A DNA stretch of 64,000 nucleotides from the NCBI GenBank assembly GCA_038213375.1, contig JBBQTB010000021.1:6567-70566 (forward strand). The letters are read 5' to 3'. This document shows positions 37,486 through 46,884 of the stretch, in pieces. The position numbers and the translations under genes were made by a program. Within the stretch, counting starts at the first letter, position 1. Each line of letters starts with the position of its first letter. Source of the stretch: Bacteroidales bacterium. Lineage in GTDB: Bacteria; Bacteroidota; Bacteroidia; Bacteroidales; JAAUTT01. Under the pieces are notes generated by a model. It made no database searches and had not been told where the DNA came from. It worked only from the letters and a program-made list of their open reading frames with translations.

Positions 37486-39855
37486 CTAATTCGCAGACCT
37501 CGAAAAGGTACTCAAATATTGTTCCAAAGATACTTCATCAACATACAATACTTGCCTTGCTTTACTACCTTCAAACGGTCCGACAATTCCTGCTGCTTCC
37601 AGTTGATCCATGATTCGCCCGGCACGATTATAACCAATGGAGAATTTTCGCTGTATCAGTGAGGTTGACCCTTGCTGGTGCATTACCATCATTCGGGCAG
37701 CATCTTCGAACAAATCATCTCGTTTGTTCAAATCCACATCATTTAAATCTGGTTTTCCATCCTCACTAACAAATTCAGGAAGCAACATAGCCGTTGGATA
37801 CCCTTGTTGCGATCCGATATGATTGGTAATTCTTTCTATTTCGGGAATATCGATAAATGCGCATTGTACACGAATCATATCGCTACCGGGTGCTATAAGT
37901 AAGTCCCCACGACCAATTAATTGATTAGCTCCGGGAGAATCGAGAATAGTGCGTGAATCTATCATGGAAGTTACTCTAAATGCTATTCGGGCAGGGAAGT
38001 TAGCTTTAATCACACCTGTGATGATATTTGTTGTTGGTCGTTGTGTTGCAATAATTAAGTGGATTCCTATCGCACGAGCTAATTGAGCCAAACGTGCAAT
38101 TGGGGTTTCCACTTCACGACCCGCTGTCATAATTAAGTCGGCAAATTCGTCGATAACTACCACAATATAAGGTAAAAACTTGTGACCTTCCTGAGGATTC
38201 AGTTTTCTGGCGATGAAACGCTCGTTATACTCTTTAATATTTCGAACTTGGGCATGTTTTAGGAGCTCATACCGGTGATCCATTTCGATGGTTAACGAAA
38301 TAAGTGTATGGATCACTTTTTGGGTATCGGTGATGATTGCCTCTTCGGAATCAGGGAGTTTTGCAAGAAAATGGCGTTCAATTTTTGAGTATAAAGTCAA
38401 CTCTACTTTTTTTGGATCAACCAGCACAAATTTAAGTTGTGAAGGGTGTTTCTTATAAAGCAAAGAGGTGATGATGGCGTTCAATCCAACTGATTTACCC
38501 TGCCCTGTTGCGCCTGCAACCAGCAAGTGAGGCATTTTGGCAAGATCAAACACAAAAGTCTCGTTTGAAATAGTTTTCCCAAGTGCGATTGCAAGTTCGA
38601 AAGTGTTTTCCTGAAATTTGCGGGATGATATAATCGATCTCATCGAGACGATTTCAGGCTTAAGGTTGGGTACTTCAATACCTATGGTGCCTTTACCTGG
38701 CATAGGAGCTATAATTCGAATACCAAGTGCTGAAAGGCTTAATGCAATATCATCTTCGAGGCTTTTAATTTTTGAAATGCGAACGCCTGGTGCCGGGACA
38801 ATTTCGTAAAGGGTAACTGTCGGGCCAATGGTGGCTTTTATTTTATCAATCTGGATCTTATAATTTCCAAGAGTTTCAACAATTTTATTTTTGTTATTTA
38901 TAAGTTCCTCGTTACTTACTTCGGAATTGGTTGTTTTATGATCCTCCAAAAGTTCGATGGGAGGATAAACATATCGGGACAGATCCAGTTTAGGATCATA
39001 ATCACCCATGGGCATTTTTTCCGGTTCGGGTTTTTTTATCTCAGTGAATTTTTCTTCTATAACCGGCGGATGCTCAATAGTTAGTTCTACATCATCATCA
39101 ATGATTTGATCTCCTGGAAAGTTTTGTTTTTTAATAATTTTGAAATTGCTGTCTTCTTCAATATCTACCTCTGAATCTTCATCAGACTCGTTGTTCTCTG
39201 ATTGGTTGGCAGTTGAAACAGCAGCAACCGATGTTTTTTGACCTAGTAATTTGGCCACCCAATTTGAAACTAACGATTTGAAGGAGGTGGCAGATCCCGG
39301 AATTGTAAAAAAGATAAATGTCATGGATACTAAAAGCAGTAAAAAAGCAGTACCTATTTTGCCCAAAACAGCATTTAACCAATTGGACACAAAAAAACCA
39401 TGACTTCCTCCAAGCCCACTGCCCAAATATCCCTGAGCATTGCCCAGAAAGAAACCGAGAATCAATGATAATAATAAAGAGCCAATGATAGTAGCATGAA
39501 TCGTTTTACGCAAAGGCATCAGGCGGATACCAAGAAGCCGGAACCCTATGATGAAAAGAAGAAAAGGTATTCCAAAGGCAGCAATTCCTATTCCATCGGA
39601 GATGAAGAAAAGTGCAAGTTTTGCTCCTGTTTTTCCCGACCAGTTTTCAACTTGAACTGTTGAGCCTGATAAAACCTGACCCCATTCAAAACTGGAATCA
39701 GTTTTCCATGTAAAAAAATACGAAATAAATGCCAGGGTGAGCAGTGCTGCAAAGAATATAATAAAAAGGCCGAGAATAATTCTGAATTTTTCGTCTTTTA
39801 CAAATCCCAGGAACCCTTGTTTTTTTGCTTTTGGTTTAGTTTTTTTTTCCGACAT
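37486..39855 (-). CDS. ftsK: DNA translocase FtsK/SpoIIIE
   Basis: 789 aa with N-terminal TM helices, an acidic linker, Walker A VAGATGQGKS, a motor domain (..LPYIVVVIDEFADLIM..) and a C-terminal gamma (winged-helix) domain. Confidence 0.95.
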   Translation of the reverse strand: MSEKKTKPKAKKQGFLGFVKDEKFRIILGLFIIFFAALLTLAFISYFFTWKTDSSFEWGQVLSGSTVQVENWSGKTGAKLALFFISDGIGIAAFGIPFLLFIIGFRLLGIRLMPLRKTIHATIIGSLLLSLILGFFLGNAQGYLGSGLGGSHGFFVSNWLNAVLGKIGTAFLLLLVSMTFIFFTIPGSATSFKSLVSNWVAKLLGQKTSVAAVSTANQSENNESDEDSEVDIEEDSNFKIIKKQNFPGDQIIDDDVELTIEHPPVIEEKFTEIKKPEPEKMPMGDYDPKLDLSRYVYPPIELLEDHKTTNSEVSNEELINNKNKIVETLGNYKIQIDKIKATIGPTVTLYEIVPAPGVRISKIKSLEDDIALSLSALGIRIIAPMPGKGTIGIEVPNLKPEIVSMRSIISSRKFQENTFELAIALGKTISNETFVFDLAKMPHLLVAGATGQGKSVGLNAIITSLLYKKHPSQLKFVLVDPKKVELTLYSKIERHFLAKLPDSEEAIITDTQKVIHTLISLTIEMDHRYELLKHAQVRNIKEYNERFIARKLNPQEGHKFLPYIVVVIDEFADLIMTAGREVETPIARLAQLARAIGIHLIIATQRPTTNIITGVIKANFPARIAFRVTSMIDSRTILDSPGANQLIGRGDLLIAPGSDMIRVQCAFIDIPEIERITNHIGSQQGYPTAMLLPEFVSEDGKPDLNDVDLNKRDDLFEDAARMMVMHQQGSTSLIQRKFSIGYNRAGRIMDQLEAAGIVGPFEGSKARQVLYVDEVSLEQYLSTFSRSAN

Positions 39856-39925
39856 CGGTCTGTTTTGAAATTATAACGTTATTTCTACAAAATTAGTTTT
39901 AACGTTGATATTTCAAAAAAGAGTT

Positions 39926-40654
39926 TTAAGGTAGAAGAGTAGTAATAATTTCTTCCATTTTGCTTTTAGTAATAAATTTGTAACCACTAGGTATTTTAAA
40001 CTCGCTATCTGACATCTCTTTTCCCTCAATATTTTTTGCGACTAACCTCATATCGATATTTTTTAGTTGTATCATAAAATCCAATAATAAACCATCTATT
40101 TTTTCGTATGGAGTATTTGTGTTTGGATTATGAAAACCGATATTTGAATAATACAGAATATTAAAGGTCTTAGTGGAATTTGTAATAGTTACATTTGCTT
40201 TTTGACATAACAGGCCTATTAAACGCATTGTATCCTTAACGGGGGTAATAGTGAATGATGAATTGGAAAAAAATAATGGAGCCTCGTTCAACTCTCCTTT
40301 ATAAACATATTTTTTATCAAAAACTTTTATTAATGTAAGATGTTTTTTGCTCGAGAGGTCGTTGATATTTTTTATTGAGAATAGTCCAACACGATCTTCA
40401 ATTTCAAAAGAAACAAAATGCGTGTTAAAGCGCAATTCCATCATTTTTGGCAGCAATTGTACCGGGAAGTTTCTTCCGGAATTGTTTGTGTAATTTATAT
40501 TGTATTGAATGATACCTTCTTTGATATTATCGGTAAAAACTGAACTTTTGCACCCACTACAAATCATTCCTAACACTAGTAAACCATAAAATAAATAATA
40601 TGAAATGTGATTCACAAATGCCGGAATCGATCTGCTTTTAATAAAATTAGGCAT
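39926..40654 (-). CDS. Hypothetical membrane-anchored/lipoprotein-like protein
   Basis: 242 aa with an N-terminal hydrophobic segment ending ..MICSGCKSS. I recognise no family. Confidence 0.45.
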   Translation of the reverse strand: MPNFIKSRSIPAFVNHISYYLFYGLLVLGMICSGCKSSVFTDNIKEGIIQYNINYTNNSGRNFPVQLLPKMMELRFNTHFVSFEIEDRVGLFSIKNINDLSSKKHLTLIKVFDKKYVYKGELNEAPLFFSNSSFTITPVKDTMRLIGLLCQKANVTITNSTKTFNILYYSNIGFHNPNTNTPYEKIDGLLLDFMIQLKNIDMRLVAKNIEGKEMSDSEFKIPSGYKFITKSKMEEIITTLLP

Positions 40655-40876
40655 AATTGTTTAGATTAATATTTTTTATCTGATTTTAGTAGTGTAGTTG
40701 CTATTTTACAATTTATTAGGTTTTTTGTGCCAATTAAAATTAGTAATTCTTACTAAATTCCATACGTAATACATTCAAATAAGTTATAATATATTTACCA
40801 GACGATTGAAATTGTATTTAAAAGTACCTGTTTTACAATATAAATTTTTAGTTATTAGCTGTTATTTTATCTTCCT

Positions 40877-40884
40877 AGATTTGT
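40877..40884 (+). promoter_or_regulatory. Bacteroidota-type -7 box (TAnnTTTG) for argF
   Basis: tagatttg lies 18 nt upstream of the ATG at 40902. Confidence 0.4.
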
Positions 40885-40901
40885 TAAAAAAAATATAGTG
40901 T

Positions 40902-41900
40902 ATGAAAATAAATCTAAAAGGTCGAAACTACCTAAAACTGCTTGATTATACACCCGATGAAATTCTTTTTCTTTTAGAGTTATCTAAGGAATTAAAATCA
41001 GCAAAACACAATTGCTGTGAGATACCCCGACTTATAAACAAGAATATTGCATTAATTTTCGAGAAAACATCCACGCGAACCAGATGTGCTTTTGAAGTTG
41101 CAGCTTTCGATCAGGGAGCTAAAGTCACATACCTTGGTCCATCAGGGAGCCAGATAGGTACAAAAGAATCAATAAAAGATACTGCAAGGGTTTTAGGAAG
41201 AATGTATGATGCCATCGAATATCGCGGATATGGTCAGAAAATTGTGGAAACCCTTGCTAAATATGCGGGAGTTCCTGTTTGGAACGGACTAACGGATGAA
41301 TTTCATCCAACTCAAATTTTGGCTGATATGCTTACCATGATGGAACATTCCGGGAAACCTCTTTCACAAATTTCGTTTTGTTATTTGGGCGATGCCCGAT
41401 ACAATATGGGGAACTCACTAATGGTAGGAGCTGCCAAAATGGGAATGGATTTTAGAATTGCTGCGCCATTGGCTTATCAGCCCCATAAGGATCTTGTGGA
41501 TCAGTGTATTGCAATAGCCAAGGAGACTGGGGCGAAAATAACCATTACTGAACAAATTGAAAAGGGAGTTAGTGACGTTGATTTTTTGTATACCGACGTT
41601 TGGGTTTCAATGGGGGAATCCTCATCAGTATGGGAAGAACGAATAAAATCGCTAACACCATACCAGGTAAATGCCAGAGTTATTCAGTTAACTCAAAATG
41701 AGAATGTGAAATTTATGCACTGCCTTCCAGCATACCACAATCGCGAAACCCAGATTGGAGAAGAGGTATATCAAAAATATGGTCTTGAAGGACTCGAAGT
41801 GACCGACGATGTTTTTGAATCGCTCGCGTCTATAGTCTTTGATCAGGCAGAAAACCGGCTTCATACTATTAAAGCGGTAATGGTGGCAACATTGGGGTAG
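40902..41900 (+). CDS. argF: Ornithine carbamoyltransferase
   Basis: 332 aa with STRTRCAFE (carbamoyl-phosphate site), HPTQILAD and HCLPAYH motifs. Confidence 0.9.
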   Translation: MKINLKGRNYLKLLDYTPDEILFLLELSKELKSAKHNCCEIPRLINKNIALIFEKTSTRTRCAFEVAAFDQGAKVTYLGPSGSQIGTKESIKDTARVLGRMYDAIEYRGYGQKIVETLAKYAGVPVWNGLTDEFHPTQILADMLTMMEHSGKPLSQISFCYLGDARYNMGNSLMVGAAKMGMDFRIAAPLAYQPHKDLVDQCIAIAKETGAKITITEQIEKGVSDVDFLYTDVWVSMGESSSVWEERIKSLTPYQVNARVIQLTQNENVKFMHCLPAYHNRETQIGEEVYQKYGLEGLEVTDDVFESLASIVFDQAENRLHTIKAVMVATLG

Positions 41901-42007
41901 AGAGGATTAATTGGCAGAAAAGGGCTTAATATATTAATTTTTTTATATCTATTGTGAAAATTAATTTGTAACTTGTGGTACTGGTCTAATTCTTAATTTT
42001 TCAATTT

Positions 42008-42268
42008 ATGACAATCTACATTGGAAACATTCCCTACTCTATGCAAGAACAGAATTTGATTGATGTTTTTCAGGAGTTTGGCCCCGTGGAATCGGCTAAG
42101 GTAATCATCGACAAAAAAACCAAAAGATCTAAAGGGTATGGTTTTATTGAGATGAAGGATGAAAATGATGAACAGGCTGCTGTTGATGCTGTAAATGGAC
42201 AGGATTTAGGCGGCCGAAAAGTTAAAGTTAGCCGAGCCAACCCCAAAAAGGAAACGGTTCAACCTTGA
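42008..42268 (+). CDS. RRM-type RNA-binding protein
   Basis: 86 aa with RNP-2 (IYIGNIPY) and RNP-1 (KGYGFIEM). Confidence 0.9.
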   Translation: MTIYIGNIPYSMQEQNLIDVFQEFGPVESAKVIIDKKTKRSKGYGFIEMKDENDEQAAVDAVNGQDLGGRKVKVSRANPKKETVQP

Positions 42269-42287
42269 AAGATGTAAACTTGATATG

Positions 42288-42313
42288 CAACGTTGCTTTA
42301 TCAATCAGCGTTG
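42288..42313 (+). terminator. Possible stem-loop after the RRM gene
   Basis: caacgttg / cagcgttg form 8 bp (one G-U pair) around a 10-nt loop, 20 nt after the stop. There is no clear T-run. Confidence 0.3.
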
Positions 42314-42468
42314 TATATTGATATGTCGTAAAAAAATTAACACTTTTAAGTATATTAGGAGTATTATATTCATTGTTTTGGTTCGGTTATAAGCAAAACT
42401 AGATTTATCTTTGGAAAAATCCTTAGGATTAAATATCAAATTTCGATAATTCTATTTAAAATCATTTT

Positions 42469-43170
42469 ATGAAGCCAGTTTTTTTTGTTTTGATTTTCAT
42501 TACATGGTTAGTAGTTTCATGTAGCAATATTACCACTTCTTATGAGTATCCTAAGGATGAGAATCTTACTAACACAGTTGGGATGCCTAAAAAGAAAGGG
42601 TTGAGTTATTTTCCAACAAGTTGGTTTATCGATTCAACGATGCAAAATTCCTTGAACGGAGAAATTGATTCGGCCAACCTGAAACTATTTTCTAAGGCCT
42701 TGTTTAAAGTTGGAGAACCATTACTTTATAATTTTTATATTGGGAAACAGATTGTTCGGCTCACATGGATACGACCCAACCGGCCATTTTTGATTTTAAG
42801 CGTGGAGGATATTGAAAATAAATTGTATTTGAAAGAAAATGGGTTTGAATCAGTGGAAGAAAAAGTAAAAACTGCTCGCGGAAAAGATTCTATTATTACA
42901 GAGAAACGAATATATCAGCGAAAACCTATTGATTATCAAAATATGGTAAAAATAAAGGAATTGGTGAAGAAGAATAAAATTAACGAGATGTCTCCAACAA
43001 TTTATCAGAGTGGTTGTATGGGGGCTAAATTTGTAATTGAATTTCACAACCCAACCAATTATCATCTGGTTTTTCGTTGCATTTCCAACGAAACAGAAGA
43101 GCCAACCTTTAGAGAGTTATGCGATTTAATTATTGATTTAAGTAAATTTAAAGATGAACCTCGTTATTAG
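42469..43170 (+). CDS. Hypothetical lipoprotein
   Basis: 233 aa with lipobox LVVSC. I recognise no family. Confidence 0.45.
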   Translation: MKPVFFVLIFITWLVVSCSNITTSYEYPKDENLTNTVGMPKKKGLSYFPTSWFIDSTMQNSLNGEIDSANLKLFSKALFKVGEPLLYNFYIGKQIVRLTWIRPNRPFLILSVEDIENKLYLKENGFESVEEKVKTARGKDSIITEKRIYQRKPIDYQNMVKIKELVKKNKINEMSPTIYQSGCMGAKFVIEFHNPTNYHLVFRCISNETEEPTFRELCDLIIDLSKFKDEPRY

Positions 43171-43292
43171 ATAAAATCGTTGGTAATTAGTCTACTTATT
43201 TGCCACCACACTGGTGCGCATTAAGCAATATAATCAGGCTTTGCCGGACAAAAATAAAATGTAACAGACGATAAAGTTTTTTACAAGGATAT

Positions 43293-43352
43293 ATTAAATA
43301 ATAGCCACGAATACACGAAGAATTCTTCGTGTATTCGTGGCTATTATTTAAT
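43293..43352. terminator. Perfect 60-nt palindrome (30-bp arms) between convergent genes; probable bidirectional terminator and member of a dispersed repeat family
   Basis: attaaataatagccacgaatacacgaagaa | ttcttcgtgtattcgtggctattatttaat. I checked every position pair from 43293/43352 to 43322/43323 by hand. Confidence 0.6.
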
Positions 43353-43369
43353 TCCGGCTTAATAATTTT

Positions 43370-45400
43370 TTACCAGATAATAGCTCTTTTGTCTTCAGCA
43401 AGATACATTGCATCGCCCGGTTTTATGCTGAAGGCTTTATGGAATTCGGACAAATTTGGTAATGGCCCGAGTACTCGAAAACGTCCCAATGAGTGAACAT
43501 CTTCTTTTGTACGACGCAGGATTTCTTTGTCGGAAATGTGTTGCCCCCAAACATGTGCATAAGCCAGATAAAACCGTTGTTCAGGAGTAAAACCTTCTGT
43601 TTTAGCAGGAGCAGGGTTTTCTTTCAAAGCCTTTTGAAGTGCAGTATACGAAATATTTAAACCGCCAAGATCGGCAATATTTTCACCCAAAGTGAGTGCT
43701 CCATTAGCATGTGCTGTATCGAGTACCTCAAAATGATTGAATTGCTGTATTAAAATATTCGTGCGTTCGCCAAACTGTTTTGCATCTTCGGCTGTCCACC
43801 AATCCACCAGATTTCCTTTGGCATCGTATTGGCGGCCCTGATCGTCGAAACCATGCGAAATTTCGTGTCCGATAACCACTCCAATAGCACCGTAGTTTAC
43901 AGCATCATCGGCTTCAGGGAAGAAGAATGGTGGTTGAAGAATTCCAGCTGGAAAGCATATTTCGTTATTGCTTGGGTTATAATAAGCATTAACTGTTTGG
44001 GGTGTCATGCCCCAAAGGGTTCGATCCACAGGTTTGTTTATCTGGCTAACATTAAAATCGAAATTAAATTTACGGCCTTTCAGTACATTTAAAACATAAG
44101 AATCATTATCAATCTGTAAATTAGAATAGTCGCGCCATTTGTCAGGGTATCCAATTTTAACAGAAATAGCTTTTAACTTCTCCTGAGCCTTAATTTTGGT
44201 TGAATCACCCATCCAAACCAAGCCATTGATTCGCTCACTAAGAGCAACCCGCAGGTTTTCAACCAGCTTAAGCATTCGTTCTTTGGATGATGCCGGAAAA
44301 TATTTTTTAACATACAATTGTCCAAGTGCTTCTCCGATAGTACCGTTTGTGGTATTTAGTACCCGACGCCACCGTGGAAGAATTATTTTTTTGCCAGACA
44401 TAAATTTTCCATTAAACTCGAAATTTTGGTTGGTGAATTCCGAACTTAAATAGGGAGCCATATTGTCAATCAGTGTCCAGGTGAGGTAAGCTTTCCAATC
44501 ATCTAGTGAATTGTCTTTCAATATGGTATTCACTTCTTTAAAAAACTCAGGCTGACATACATTAATATCTCCCGGTATCGATAGTCCAACTGTGGAGAAA
44601 TAAGCCGTCCAATCATAGTTTGGTGCAAGGGTTTGCACATCCACGAGTTTCATTTTATGATAATTGCTTTCAGGATCACGCAATTCCAAACGGGTTTTTG
44701 AGGCTTTGGCAAGTCGGGTTTCTAATAACATAATCTGTTTCGACCATGATTCAGCATCTTTTGTATAGCCAGCAAAACCAAGCATCTTAACAATATGCTT
44801 TACATATTCGGTTTGAATTTCTTTTGAATGAGGATCGGTTCCAACATAATAGTCACGGTCTCCCAGACCTAGACCGCCCTGAGCAAGCTGAGTAATCACC
44901 ATTTCACTATTTTTACTATCCGATTCTCCATAAAATGAGAACAAAGGATTAATGTCCATCGAATGGTAATAGGCAATAAGGCCTTGAATATCCTTTATTG
45001 ATGTAGCTTTCCGAATTTTTTCTAACTCAGGTTTTAAAGGATTGATACCTTCTTTTTCGATTTTCACGGTGTCCATGCCTGCAGCTACAAAATTTCCGAT
45101 TTTTTGAGCAATTGATCCAACATCATGCTGCTGTTTTGCAAGATCTTCAACCAATTCACGAACCTTTTTGTCGTTTTCTTCACCAAGTTTGTCAAATGAG
45201 CCATAACGGCTATATTCGGCAGGCATCGGATGGTTTTTAAGCCATCCACCGTTTGTATACATGTAAAAATCAGCTACCGGATTTATCGTTGTATCCAGAT
45301 TAGCCAGATCAAAGCCGGGTACTGAATTTTTTTTCTTTTCGGTACAACTAAAAAGAACAATTGCTGTGGCCATAAATGATGCGATGATTTTTTGATTCAT
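43370..45400 (-). CDS. M13 family zinc metallopeptidase (PepO/neprilysin-like)
   Basis: 676 aa with a signal/lipoprotein N-terminus, HExxH in VIGHEISHGFD, and a downstream GENIADLGG motif. Confidence 0.9.
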   Translation of the reverse strand: MNQKIIASFMATAIVLFSCTEKKKNSVPGFDLANLDTTINPVADFYMYTNGGWLKNHPMPAEYSRYGSFDKLGEENDKKVRELVEDLAKQQHDVGSIAQKIGNFVAAGMDTVKIEKEGINPLKPELEKIRKATSIKDIQGLIAYYHSMDINPLFSFYGESDSKNSEMVITQLAQGGLGLGDRDYYVGTDPHSKEIQTEYVKHIVKMLGFAGYTKDAESWSKQIMLLETRLAKASKTRLELRDPESNYHKMKLVDVQTLAPNYDWTAYFSTVGLSIPGDINVCQPEFFKEVNTILKDNSLDDWKAYLTWTLIDNMAPYLSSEFTNQNFEFNGKFMSGKKIILPRWRRVLNTTNGTIGEALGQLYVKKYFPASSKERMLKLVENLRVALSERINGLVWMGDSTKIKAQEKLKAISVKIGYPDKWRDYSNLQIDNDSYVLNVLKGRKFNFDFNVSQINKPVDRTLWGMTPQTVNAYYNPSNNEICFPAGILQPPFFFPEADDAVNYGAIGVVIGHEISHGFDDQGRQYDAKGNLVDWWTAEDAKQFGERTNILIQQFNHFEVLDTAHANGALTLGENIADLGGLNISYTALQKALKENPAPAKTEGFTPEQRFYLAYAHVWGQHISDKEILRRTKEDVHSLGRFRVLGPLPNLSEFHKAFSIKPGDAMYLAEDKRAIIW

Positions 45401-45475
45401 ATTTTAAAAATTTAAAATTTAATTATTTCATAATTTTGGGATTTGAACCCACTAAATTTCTAATTTCTCTTTATA

Positions 45476-46690
45476 CTACATCCTCTCAATAGTTTTAGCA
45501 ATAATAGCAACAGCTTCCCGTAGTTGTTGTTCGTTAATTACCAAAGGAGGGGCGAATCGGATGATATGTTCATGGGTAGGTTTTGCTAACAAACCATTTT
45601 CTTTAAGTTCCAGGCATATATCCCAAGCTGTTTTTCCATTCATTGGTTTCACGACTATTGCATTCAAAAGCCCTTTGCCACGAACCAATTCAATCCGGTC
45701 AGATTTAATATTTTTAATTTCTTTTCTGAACATATCTCCAAGTCTGGCTGCATTCTCTGCCAGCTTCTCATCTTTAAGAACCTGAAGGGCAGCTATGGCA
45801 ACTTTGGCTGCCACAGGATTACCTCCGAATGTAGAGCCATGTTCACCCGGCTTAATAGTAAGCATTATTTCGTTGTCGGCTAAAACAGCAGATACGGGCA
45901 AAACCCCTCCTGACAAAGCCTTACCTAAAATCAAAATATCGGGTCTCACACCCTCGTGGTCACAAGCCATCATTTGTCCGGTCCGGCAAAGACCTGTCTG
46001 TACCTCGTCGGCAATAAAAAGAACGTTTTTCGATTTGCAAAGATCGTACGCTTTTTTCAAATAGCCATCATCGGGCACAAAAACTCCAGCTTCCCCTTGT
46101 ATCGGTTCAACCAGAAAACCAGCAACATTCGGTGTTTCCAATGCCCTGCTTAATGCATTGATATCATTGTAAGGAATCTTTATAAATCCGGGTGTAAATG
46201 GGCCAAAACCTCCATACGAATCCGGGTCGTTTGACATAGAAACAATGGTAATTGTACGTCCATGAAAATTTCCATCGCAAACGATAATTTTTGCCTGATT
46301 TTCAGGAATTCCTTTCACAGTGTATGCCCATTTCCGGCAAAGTTTCAGAGCCGTTTCATCTCCTTCAGCACCAGTGTTCATGGGCAATACTTTGTCATAT
46401 CCCAGAAGTTTTGTAATGTATTCTTCGAATTCGCCAAGTACGTCGTTATAAAACGCCCTCGATGTGAGAGTGAGCTTTTTTGCTTGCTCAATCATGGCTT
46501 GAATAATTTTTGGATGGCAATGTCCTTGGTTAACAGCCGAATATGCCGACAGAAAATCAAAATATCGTTTTCCTTCCACATCCCATAGGTAGATGCCTTC
46601 ACCCCGTTCTAAAACAACGGGTAGTGGATGATAATTGTGGGCGCCGTATTCTTCTTCGCGTGCCATGTAAGTTTCCGGAGTATGTATCAT
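45476..46690 (-). CDS. rocD: Ornithine--oxo-acid aminotransferase (class III PLP)
   Basis: 404 aa. It has the N-terminus ..[50 protein letters not shown] typical of OAT, plus [14 protein letters not shown] and the PLP Lys in ILGKALSGG. Confidence 0.88.
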   Translation of the reverse strand: MIHTPETYMAREEEYGAHNYHPLPVVLERGEGIYLWDVEGKRYFDFLSAYSAVNQGHCHPKIIQAMIEQAKKLTLTSRAFYNDVLGEFEEYITKLLGYDKVLPMNTGAEGDETALKLCRKWAYTVKGIPENQAKIIVCDGNFHGRTITIVSMSNDPDSYGGFGPFTPGFIKIPYNDINALSRALETPNVAGFLVEPIQGEAGVFVPDDGYLKKAYDLCKSKNVLFIADEVQTGLCRTGQMMACDHEGVRPDILILGKALSGGVLPVSAVLADNEIMLTIKPGEHGSTFGGNPVAAKVAIAALQVLKDEKLAENAARLGDMFRKEIKNIKSDRIELVRGKGLLNAIVVKPMNGKTAWDICLELKENGLLAKPTHEHIIRFAPPLVINEQQLREAVAIIAKTIERM

Positions 46691-46776
46691 ATTAGTAGTT
46701 TATTAAGGTATTATTTAATAATGAAAATTGATGTTGAAGCATGTAAACTTAGCTTCAATCAAAATTAAAGATCAAA

Positions 46777-46799
46777 TTAATTATTTTGTATGCACTTAA
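46777..46799. promoter_or_regulatory. Candidate AraR-type operator variant (TTAATT-N11-ACTTAA)
   Basis: It differs by one mismatch from the TTAAGT-N11-ACTTAA palindrome found at 54940-54962. It lies in the divergent rocD/GH43 promoter region, 86 nt upstream of the GH43 ATG. Confidence 0.3.
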
Positions 46800-46852
46800 A
46801 GAATGACAAAGTTCATTATTATTTAAATATTTTAAATAAAGGCGAAAACATC

Positions 46853-46860
46853 TACATTTG
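46853..46860 (+). promoter_or_regulatory. Bacteroidota-type -7 box (TAnnTTTG) for the GH43 gene
   Basis: tacatttg lies 25 nt upstream of the ATG at 46885. Confidence 0.4.
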
Positions 46861-46884
46861 ACATATATAAACAATTAATTACCC

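Noticed and set aside
39840-39848. A9 homopolymer at codons 3-6 of ftsK as a possible phase-variation switch
   Set aside because: It simply encodes the Lys-rich N-terminus (MSEKKTKPK) of an essential gene. There is no alternative downstream frame or start that would make slippage meaningful.
6488-43352. Whether the CACGAA-type repeats could be a CRISPR array or remnants of one
   Set aside because: The copies are kilobases apart and mostly inverted rather than direct. They have no regular repeat-spacer periodicity, and no cas genes are present.
45561-46588. Multiple plus-strand ORFs (60-110 aa) nested inside rocD, and similar nested ORFs inside most large genes in the track
   Set aside because: They lie antisense to, or out of frame with, strongly supported genes. 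They have biased, repetitive composition and no domain signatures.
40902-46690. argF (OTC) and rocD (OAT) as parts of a single arginine/ornithine catabolic island
   Set aside because: The genes are on opposite strands and separated by unrelated genes (an RRM protein, a hypothetical lipoprotein and an M13 peptidase) and a strong palindromic terminator. There is no arcA/arcC or rocF nearby, so this looks like an ordinary scattered arrangement.
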